Below are positions 9,281 through 16,123 of a stretch of DNA of 64,000 nucleotides, in pieces; the stretch's first letter is position 1; each line of letters begins with the position of its first letter. Source of the DNA: Thermoplasmata archaeon (lineage in GTDB: Archaea > Thermoplasmatota > Thermoplasmata > Lutacidiplasmatales > UBA184). Below the pieces are notes generated by a model, which ran no database searches, was not told the DNA's origin, and saw only the letters and a list, made by a program, of their open reading frames with translations. Position numbers and translations under genes: made by a program. The stretch lies in assembly GCA_035504395.1 (NCBI GenBank), contig DATJRX010000028.1:20717-84716 (forward strand), written 5' to 3'.

Positions 9281-10105
9281 ATGCCGGCCGCGTCCCGACC
9301 GACCGCCCCGATCGTGGCCGTGGAGGGCCTCTCGGGGTCGGGCAAGTCGACCGTCTCGCGTCGCTTCGCGCGCGCCCGGCGGGCGCTCTGGATCCCCGAG
9401 GCGTACCGCCGGCTCGGACCGGCCGCGAGCCTCGACTTCCGGAACCCCCGCGAACTGCTCGCGCTCGAGCAGCGCCTGCTGCGGGAGGACGCCGCGCGGT
9501 TCGTCGAGGCCCGCCGCATCGCAGCGACCGGCCGCGAGGTGGTCGTCGACACGGGGTTCGCGGGGACCCTGACCTACTCGCACGCGCTCGCGCGTCTCGG
9601 CCTCGCCCCGCGCTCGGTCGCGCGCCGCCTGGGAGCGGAGGCCCGCCGCCGGTGGGGCCGCTCCGGCTGGGGGGTGCCCGACCTCGTCGTCTGGATCGAG
9701 ACGAACGCGTCGACCCGGGCGGCCCGGATCGCCGGGGATCCGACCGGCCACCCGCCCGCGTGGGCCGCGCGGCACGAGGCGGTCGGGCGCATCGAGCGGG
9801 CGCTCTACCTCGGCCCGATCGCGCGTCGGTACGGGGCCCGCTTCGTGACGGTCTCGGGCGAGGGGTCGCCCGAGGCCGTGGCTCGGCGCATCGTGCGGGC
9901 ACGGGCCCGGGCGCCGCCGGGTCCGATCGGGGCCGAGCTGGCCGGCGACCTCCTCGGCTGGCTCGCCTTCGAGGAACCGGCGCCTCGGCCGGGACCCGGT
10001 CGAACGGCCGCTCGGAACCGCCGGCGCGCGGACCGGGCGGCCCCGCGAGCGTCCGCGGCTCGTCCCGGGAGACGGTCGACCGGCGGTCGCGCGGGGCAAG
10101 CTTAA
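9281..10105 (+). CDS. P-loop kinase-like protein (dNK/thymidylate-kinase-like fold), divergent from folP
   Basis: ATG 9281. The Walker A motif VEGLSGSGKST sits at the N-terminus, and a later DLVVWIE is Walker-B-like. The C-terminal third is Arg/Ala/Pro-rich. TAA 10103-10105 lies inside the LSm TATA-like box. Confidence 0.5.
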   Translation: MPAASRPTAPIVAVEGLSGSGKSTVSRRFARARRALWIPEAYRRLGPAASLDFRNPRELLALEQRLLREDAARFVEARRIAATGREVVVDTGFAGTLTYSHALARLGLAPRSVARRLGAEARRRWGRSGWGVPDLVVWIETNASTRAARIAGDPTGHPPAWAARHEAVGRIERALYLGPIARRYGARFVTVSGEGSPEAVARRIVRARARAPPGPIGAELAGDLLGWLAFEEPAPRPGPGRTAARNRRRADRAAPRASAARPGRRSTGGRAGQA

Positions 10106-10134
10106 AAGAGGGGCCCGGTGTCGCCGGCCTCCCG

Positions 10135-10347
10135 ATGCGCCCCCTCGACGTCCTTCAGCAGAGCCTGCACCAGCGCGTGCTGGTCGAGATGCGCGGCGGA
10201 CGCTCGTACCGGGGCGTGCTCGACGCGTTCGACCAGCACCTCAACCTGGTGCTCTCCTCGGCCGAGGAGGTCGTGAACGACGCCGTCACGGCCCACCCGG
10301 GGCTCACGCTCGTCCGCGGCGACTCGATCATCTACATCTCGCCGTAG
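10135..10347 (+). CDS. Sm-like archaeal protein (LSm/SmAP)
   Basis: 70 aa: MRPLDVLQQSLHQRVLVEMRGGRSYRGVLDAFDQHLNLVLSSAEEV...LVRGDSIIYISP, with Sm1 and Sm2 motifs. A TATA-like cttaaaag lies about 30 nt upstream. It is followed by L37e, the classic archaeal pairing. Confidence 0.85.
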   Translation: MRPLDVLQQSLHQRVLVEMRGGRSYRGVLDAFDQHLNLVLSSAEEVVNDAVTAHPGLTLVRGDSIIYISP

Positions 10348-10361
10348 GGGGAAGGGAACGC

Positions 10362-10529
10362 ATGACGAAGGGAACCGCATCCAGCCGCGGCGGAAAGATC
10401 GTCCACGTCATCTGCCGGCGCTGCGGACGGCACTCCTACCACCGCCAGAAGCGGGTCTGCTCGTCCTGCGGCTTCGGCGCGACGGCGCGCCGCCGCGGGT
10501 ACGACTGGGCGAAGCTGCGCCGCCGGTAG
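10362..10529 (+). CDS. rpl37e: 50S ribosomal protein L37e
   Basis: Not in the ORF track because it is under 60 aa. My translation is MTKGTASSRGGKIVHVICRRCGRHSYHRQKRVCSSCGFGATARRRGYDWAKLRRR, with the C4 zinc ribbon typical of L37e and TAG at 10527-10529. Confidence 0.85.
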   Translation: MTKGTASSRGGKIVHVICRRCGRHSYHRQKRVCSSCGFGATARRRGYDWAKLRRR

Positions 10530-11109
10530 ACGCCCGCCACCGCGACACCGCGGGATTGCCGAGGATCCAGTAGCGGAGCTCCCGTCGCGCCGCGCGCCGG
10601 ATCCCGACGCGCGGCCCGCGACCGATCGGGAACGCGCCCGGGGTCGCCGCGCGGACGCCGCACCGATCGCCCGTGACCGCGTCGGCGCCGTCGTCCTCGA
10701 GGCGCAGACCCAGCGCGCGGCAGAGCCGGCCCGGCCCGCGGCCCGCCTCGATCGGGGCCCCGTCCACCTCCGCCGCCCTCAGGAGCACGGCCTCGGCGCG
10801 GCGCGTGACGAGGTTCGCGCAGACGACCTGGTGGATCCGGAAGACGTACAGGGTCCCGGGCCGCGCGAACATCGATCGGTTGCGGCGCGTCGGGCCCCGG
10901 TACGTATGGCTCGCCGGATCGCCTCGCAGGTAGGCCTCGGTCTCGACGAGCCGGGCGGTGCGGATCCCTCCGGGGCCGCGCACCCAGAACGTCGCGCCCA
11001 GGAGGTCTCGGGCGACGCGGCCCGCGGGCCGATCGAAGAACGACCGTCCGAGCCGGCGCCCCGCGCGAGGCTCAGAGGATCTTGCCCCGGTCCACGAGCG
11101 GGTGGCCAT
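10408..11109 (-). CDS. mpg: 3-methyladenine DNA glycosylase (Mpg/AAG family)
   Basis: FFDRPAGRVARDLLGATF...ARLVETEAYLRGDPASHTYRGPTRRNRSMFARPGTLYVFRIHQVVCANLV...PGRLCRALGL matches the AAG-family core. ATG 11109 is the only start candidate. The frame stays open past the expected C-terminus (...ILGNPAVS) and overlaps L37e on the other strand. Confidence 0.7.
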   Translation of the reverse strand: MATRSWTGARSSEPRAGRRLGRSFFDRPAGRVARDLLGATFWVRGPGGIRTARLVETEAYLRGDPASHTYRGPTRRNRSMFARPGTLYVFRIHQVVCANLVTRRAEAVLLRAAEVDGAPIEAGRGPGRLCRALGLRLEDDGADAVTGDRCGVRAATPGAFPIGRGPRVGIRRAARRELRYWILGNPAVSRWRASTGGAASPSRTRGGAPSRRSRRTSRPASGGGRSAVRSAGR

Positions 11110-12181
11110 CGACCGCGACCGTCGCCTCCCCGACGGTGATCCACGAGAGGTAGCGGCAGCGGTTCCGTCCCCCGTAGAGGTGGTTCCCGCCGATCGCGAC
11201 GGTGACGGCCCCGGCCGCCGTGTCCTCGGCCTGGGGCACCGACGGGCCGACCGCCTCGTTGAGACCGAGCGCGAACAGGCCCACGACCTCGCGCCCGCGC
11301 GGCGCGCTAGCGAAGTCGGCCTCGAACGCCTCCCCCCCCTCGCTGTACCAGTAGTTCCGCAGCCGACCGCCCTCGACCTCCCACTGCGCCCCCTCGACCC
11401 GGCCGGCGCCGAGGTAGCTCGGGCGGTCCCCGACGATCGTCCCCTGCGTCGCGCGCTCGTCGACCGCCACCACCACCGACCCGCCGGGCGCCGTCGCCAT
11501 CGCCCGGCCGACCCGCCGGTCCTCGGCGTCCACCACGCCGTCGTCGACCCACGGTCGCCGACCCCGAAGCTGAAGCGAGAGGTCCGTGCCCTCGCCCGAG
11601 GTGAGCCGCAGCGTCCGACCGGTACGGAGCCGCTCGGCGACCGAGCGACCGACGCGCACCATCCCACCGTAGTCGGCGTCCGCGATCCCGCGGATCATCT
11701 GGCTCCGCCACGTCGCCGCGGGGACGCCCCACCGCTCGGCGTTCGCGTCCGAAGCGTAGCCGAGCAGGCAGCGCACGCCCCGGGCCCCCGCCCGCCGCGT
11801 CCGCCGAAGCCAGGCATCGTCCGCCCCGACGAACGGGGAGAGCTGGGCCGGCGGGAGCGCGTGCAGCCGAACCCGGTCGGCGGGTCCGGGGAAGTAGACG
11901 AGGGCATCGCTGCGGGCGATCGCCGCGGCGACCGGGCGCGGCGGATCCGCCCAGCGCCGGGTCGCGGGGGCGAGGTCGACGCTGCGCCAGAACGCCGACT
12001 CGTCCTCGAGGAGGAGGAACGGGAGGGCGCCGAGCCGGCGCGCCTCCGCGACGCAGGCGGCGGCCCAGGGCAGGGTGTGGCTCCACGTGGCGATCGCGAC
12101 GTGCTCGCCGCGCCGGAGGCGGAGCGTGCTCCCGAGGAGCGCCCGGGCGACCGCCGGGGGGCTCGCCTCGCCCGCGGGCAT
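11072..12181 (-). CDS. Aminopeptidase-like protein (M29/AmpS-like fold), tentative
   Basis: 369 aa from internal ATG 12181 of track ORF 11072-13303. The general pattern resembles thermophilic metalloprotease (aminopeptidase T/S)-like proteins. The assignment is from memory only. A TATA-like ctttaatc (minus strand) lies about 25-30 nt upstream. Confidence 0.45.
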   Translation of the reverse strand: MPAGEASPPAVARALLGSTLRLRRGEHVAIATWSHTLPWAAACVAEARRLGALPFLLLEDESAFWRSVDLAPATRRWADPPRPVAAAIARSDALVYFPGPADRVRLHALPPAQLSPFVGADDAWLRRTRRAGARGVRCLLGYASDANAERWGVPAATWRSQMIRGIADADYGGMVRVGRSVAERLRTGRTLRLTSGEGTDLSLQLRGRRPWVDDGVVDAEDRRVGRAMATAPGGSVVVAVDERATQGTIVGDRPSYLGAGRVEGAQWEVEGGRLRNYWYSEGGEAFEADFASAPRGREVVGLFALGLNEAVGPSVPQAEDTAAGAVTVAIGGNHLYGGRNRCRYLSWITVGEATVAVDGHPLVDRGKIL

Positions 12182-12204
12182 GCGCGCGCGAGAGGGCCCC
12201 GCGA

Positions 12205-13521
12205 TTAAAGAGGGTCCCCCGCGCGGGCCCGGGCGACGATCTCGGGGGCCGTGCGCGGCGCCCGCCCGAGCGCGCGCGCGACGCGCACGAGGAGACGGCC
12301 GGCGTCGTCGTACGGCGCCCGGAACCCCCCCGTCCTCAGGCGGCGCGGGAAGCGCGCCCAACCGCCCTCCCGGCCGGTGGCCCGTCGCACGACGGCCCGG
12401 ACGCGGCGGCCCCGCCCGAAGTCCGCGAGGTCCCGGACCAGGTCCGCCGGGGCGCCGTTCTCCCGGAGGAGCGCGAGCAGTTCCATGAGCTTCTCGGGGC
12501 GGTGGCGTCGGCGCGCCGGTCCTTCCCCGAGCACGCCGTTGAAGTAGAGGAACGGTCCGCCGACCTCGATCGCCTCGAGCAGGGTCCGGCTCCCGGTCAC
12601 GATCCGCACCTCGGCGTCCCGGAACCGTCGGCGCCAGCGGGACGCGGCGACCGCGCCCCCGACCCGCGCGACGCCGCGCGGAAGCTCGGTCCCCCGCCAC
12701 GGGCGGTCGGTCCGCACGATCAGCCGCGGGGGATCCGGCCGGGTCGCCAGGCCAAGCGCCACGTCCGACAGGATCCGCTCGGCGCTCGCGGGGCTTGCGT
12801 ACCAGACCCACTCGCGACGCGGCCGACGGGCGCCGTTCGCGAACGCGCGCGACCACAGCGGTCCGGTTTGGACCGCCGCCGGGAACGCCCGCGCGAACGC
12901 CGGCCGGGGGCGGAACGAGGCGAACACGTGGAGGACGTTCGGCCGGTCGAAGGCGCGGAACCGGTAGAACGCTATTCCGAGCGCAGCCCGCTCGCCGGCC
13001 GCGCGCGACGCGCGCAGCCGGTGACCGAGCTGTCGATGGCGGACCCCGCCCTCCCGAAGGCGCTCGCGGTCCTCCTCCGCCGGGGTGAGCGTGCGGGCGA
13101 ACTCCTCGAGGCTCACGTGGAGGGTCGAGCGCTCGCCGTAGACGCGCTCGAGCTCCGCCGCCTCCTCGGCCCACGGTCCCGGGCGGCCGAGCGCCCCGGG
13201 GGAACCGGGAGCCGCGCTGAGGCCCCAGGCGGGCGTGATCGAGATCGCCGCCGGCGCGCGCCGGAGCGGCCGGTCGGAGCGCACGAGCCGGGGCCAGTCC
13301 CACGGCCCGTCCACGGACCGGGGGAGCGGATGCACCGGGCGACGGAACAGCTGTACCGGGAATCCAGCGCGGGCGAGCTCGCGTCCGGCCGCGAGGACCT
13401 CCTCGATGTCCCCGAGGCCGCCGCCGACGACCGCCGGGAACAGGTAGACGTCGACCCGCGGGGCGTTCGCCCGCGTCCGCCTACGCGACGGTCCGGTAGA
13501 GCGTCCAGACCGAGATGGCAT
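12205..13521 (-). CDS. Uncharacterized GT-B-like protein with EarP-like N- and C-terminal motifs
   Basis: 438-aa ORF with ATG verified at 13521; it overlaps the upstream gene's end by 41 nt. The N-terminal VDVYLFPAVVGGGLGDIEEVLAAGRELARAGFPVQLF and C-terminal VRIVTGSRTLLEAIEVGGPFLYFNG...HRPEKLMELL resemble glycosyltransferase GT-B signatures. See findings. Confidence 0.5.
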   Translation of the reverse strand: MPSRSGRSTGPSRRRTRANAPRVDVYLFPAVVGGGLGDIEEVLAAGRELARAGFPVQLFRRPVHPLPRSVDGPWDWPRLVRSDRPLRRAPAAISITPAWGLSAAPGSPGALGRPGPWAEEAAELERVYGERSTLHVSLEEFARTLTPAEEDRERLREGGVRHRQLGHRLRASRAAGERAALGIAFYRFRAFDRPNVLHVFASFRPRPAFARAFPAAVQTGPLWSRAFANGARRPRREWVWYASPASAERILSDVALGLATRPDPPRLIVRTDRPWRGTELPRGVARVGGAVAASRWRRRFRDAEVRIVTGSRTLLEAIEVGGPFLYFNGVLGEGPARRRHRPEKLMELLALLRENGAPADLVRDLADFGRGRRVRAVVRRATGREGGWARFPRRLRTGGFRAPYDDAGRLLVRVARALGRAPRTAPEIVARARAGDPL

Positions 13522-14413
13522 CGCGGAACCCTCCCGCCTCGAGCGCGGCCTTGCCGCGCCCGTTGAGGACCGCGACCTGGGCCATCGTGCGCTGGGCGCC
13601 CCGGGCCTCGCACCAGGCGAGCGCCGTGGCGACGAGCGCGGCCGCGTCCGCGGGCGCCACGCTCGCCGCGACCACGGGGGCCGAGAGGTTCGCCGCGTCC
13701 GTCGCGGGCGAGCGGGTCGCCTGGACGAACGCCTCCGGCCCGCGGCCGCGGTCGATCACCCACGCGGCCGTCTCGCTCGCGAGAGCCCGGTCGATCGCCC
13801 CGCCGGTCCGGAAGTACGCCTCGGTGACGGGGAGCACCTCCTCGACCTCGGGCGACGACGCTTGGCGGGCGATCTCGGTGAGAGGGCCGGCGTCCTTCTT
13901 GTTGAACGCCCGGAGCCCCGTCGGCGGGGTCGACGGCCGGGGGGTCCCCGCCGTATAGACCATGATCCGGTTCTCGCGGAGCGGTCGGTATCCGATGCGA
14001 TCGTAGAGGGCGCGGGCCGGGGCGTTCTTGTCCAGCACGTCGAGCGCGATGTACTTCCGCCCGGCGCGCTGGGCGGTGCCCCGGGCCTCCTCGAGCATCG
14101 CCCGGGCCAGGCCGCGGCGGCGGTACGCGGGGTCGACCGCGACGCTGCTCACGTACCCCGCCCGGGGCGGGAGCGTGACGAGCGTGGTCGCGACGACCTT
14201 CCCGTCCTCCTCGACCACGAGGAAGCGGAACACCCGCCGGCCGAAGAGCGCCATCAGCCCGAGGATGAGCCGAAAGTCCCACCGGAAGACCCGCGCGACG
14301 ACCTTGAGGAAGCCGTCGGGGCGGAACCCCATGATCGCCTGCTCCTCGGGAAAGTACTCGCTCAGGAAGGTGAAGAGCGCCGGGGCGTCCGACCTCCGCA
14401 CGTCCCGGATCAT
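13481..14413 (-). CDS. GNAT-family N-acetyltransferase (two GNAT-like halves)
   Basis: Internal ATG 14413 forms an ATGA overlap with the HEAT gene stop. The acetyl-CoA motif is VAVDPAYRRRGLARAMLEEA. The C-terminal half ends with a second GNAT-like segment, ...ALAWCEARGAQRTMAQVAVLNGRGKAALEAGGF. Confidence 0.75.
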   Translation of the reverse strand: MIRDVRRSDAPALFTFLSEYFPEEQAIMGFRPDGFLKVVARVFRWDFRLILGLMALFGRRVFRFLVVEEDGKVVATTLVTLPPRAGYVSSVAVDPAYRRRGLARAMLEEARGTAQRAGRKYIALDVLDKNAPARALYDRIGYRPLRENRIMVYTAGTPRPSTPPTGLRAFNKKDAGPLTEIARQASSPEVEEVLPVTEAYFRTGGAIDRALASETAAWVIDRGRGPEAFVQATRSPATDAANLSAPVVAASVAPADAAALVATALAWCEARGAQRTMAQVAVLNGRGKAALEAGGFRDAISVWTLYRTVA

Positions 14414-15900
14414 CCGTTCTCCTCGTCGTCGGTGGCCCCCGGGATCGCGCTCTCGAACAGGGCGCGCAGGGTCGGCGGGGTGCCGTCCGACCGCAGCTCG
14501 GGGAGGGGGAGCCGGGCGAGGCGGTCGAGCTCCTCCTCGCTCAGGCGCTCCCGCACGTCGAGGAGGGCCCGGTGGACGAACGGGTCGGACGTCCCGTGCG
14601 CGAGCCGGCCGAGGGCCTGCACCACCGAGTCGAACAGCCGGGTCTCGGCATCGGAGACGAGCGGGCTCGACTCCGCATCGGGGGGTCCGGCGATCGGGTC
14701 CTCGATCGGGCGGACCCCGTACAGGAGCCGGACGAGCTCCTCGCGGGCGCCGTCGTCCGAGAGCCGGCCGAGCGCCCAGATCGCCGCGAGTTTCACCTCG
14801 GCCGCGGGGTCCGCGAGCTCCTCGCGGATCCGCGGGGCGGCCTCGTTGAGACCCAGGCGGCCGATCGCGTAGATGGCGCCGCGGCGGGGCCAGGGGTGCT
14901 CGTCCCGCAGGAGCTCGAGCAGGACCGGGAGGTCCTCCGCGCCCCCGGCGTTGCCGAGCGCGATCGCCGCGGCGCCGCGCACCGACCAGGCCGGGTCGTT
15001 CGCGTGCACGAGGGCGGCCGTCCGTGCGGCCGGGACCGCCATCTCGCCGAGGGCGTGGAGGGCGCAGACGCGGACCCACGGCCGCTCGTGCTCGCAGGCC
15101 CCAACGAGGGCGGGGATCGCCTCCGCCGCGCCGATGCGGCCCAGCGCGACGAGCACGGACGGCTTCTCCCAGGTCTCGGGTGCGGCCACGCGCTCGAGCA
15201 ACATCGGGACGCTCTCGCGATCGCGGTGGCGGCCGAGGACCACGGCGGCCGCGGCCCGCACCCGCGGCGCGGGATCGCGGAGGAACGGACGCACGGTCCG
15301 GACGACCGACGGCTCGGTGCCGCGGCCGAGGCCGAGCACGGCCTCGCGGCGGACCCGGTCGACCGGATCGGTGAGCAGCTGACCGAGCACGGCGACGGCC
15401 TCGGGCGAGGGGATCGTGCCCAGGGCGCCGGCGACCGCCTGGCGGACCTCGGCGGACTCGTCGGCGACGTGTTCCGCCAGGGCCGGCACCGATGCGGGGT
15501 CGGCGAGCAGGCGGAGCGCCCCCGCCGCGCGGGCGCGCACGTGCGCGTCGGGGTCCTCGAGCGTGCGCTCGAGAGGCTCGCGGCTCTCGCGCCGGCCGAT
15601 CGCGCCCAGCGCCTCGGCGGCGCTGGCCCGGACCCCGACGTCCGGGTCGCTCAGCGCGGTCGCGAGCGTGCTGCTCGCGCGCGGATCCTTCAGGATGCCG
15701 AGCGCGATCGCGGCCGTCTGCCGGAGGCCGGCCGTCGGGTCGCTCAGCGCCACCAGGAGGGGCGTGAGGTCCTCGATGCGCCCGCGCGAGACGCTCGCGC
15801 GGATCGCGGCGGCCCGACGGGCCGGCGACGCCGGGGTCCGGGTCCGGGAGGTCCGACGCGGCCGGGCCGGCCGGCGCTTCGCCCGAGCGCGCACGCTCAC
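14410..15900 (-). CDS. HEAT-repeat (PBS-lyase-like) protein
   Basis: About 13 repeats of the form L..aL.D.d..VR..Aa.ALG.ig (for example DPDVGVRASAAEALGAIG, DPDAHVRARAAGALRLL, DESAEVRQAVAGALGTI). GTG start at 15900. The Arg-rich first ~35 aa may not be translated. Confidence 0.75.
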   Translation of the reverse strand: MSVRARAKRRPARPRRTSRTRTPASPARRAAAIRASVSRGRIEDLTPLLVALSDPTAGLRQTAAIALGILKDPRASSTLATALSDPDVGVRASAAEALGAIGRRESREPLERTLEDPDAHVRARAAGALRLLADPASVPALAEHVADESAEVRQAVAGALGTIPSPEAVAVLGQLLTDPVDRVRREAVLGLGRGTEPSVVRTVRPFLRDPAPRVRAAAAVVLGRHRDRESVPMLLERVAAPETWEKPSVLVALGRIGAAEAIPALVGACEHERPWVRVCALHALGEMAVPAARTAALVHANDPAWSVRGAAAIALGNAGGAEDLPVLLELLRDEHPWPRRGAIYAIGRLGLNEAAPRIREELADPAAEVKLAAIWALGRLSDDGAREELVRLLYGVRPIEDPIAGPPDAESSPLVSDAETRLFDSVVQALGRLAHGTSDPFVHRALLDVRERLSEEELDRLARLPLPELRSDGTPPTLRALFESAIPGATDDEENG

Positions 15901-16123
15901 GCGCGGTCGACGCGGGACGGGGCTAAGAGCCTGACGCGGAGCCGCCGGCGGCCCGGCGGAGCCGGTGCGACGGCGCGGGGATCCGCCGGGTACGCGCCAG
16001 GCGTCGACCCGCGTCGGGGTCGCCCGAGCTCCCGCCCCGCCGGCCGTCTCCCCGGGATCCCCGGGTCCCGTTCCGTCGGGTCCTCGGGCTGTTCGTGAGG
16101 GGCGGCGAGGGACCGGGATCGGA

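Noticed and set aside
7801-9572. Alternative long ORFs (7801-9552 minus, 8016-9572 plus) over the folP region
   Set aside because: Only the 7905-9197 frame yields DHPS signatures. The others are Arg/Pro/Gly shadow translations.
14410-15900. HEAT-repeat protein as a deoxyhypusine hydroxylase
   Set aside because: DOHH is a HEAT-repeat enzyme, but its four His-Glu metal-binding motifs are not visible. The repeats read VRxxAAxALG without HE.
15901-16123. 223-nt spacer between polB and the HEAT gene as a replication origin or RNA gene
   Set aside because: It is GC-rich with only short inverted repeats (cgacgcggg...cccgcgtcg; cccggg-atc-cccggg). There is no AT-rich unwinding element, no ORB-like repeats, no adjacent orc1/cdc6, and no tRNA-like T-loop.
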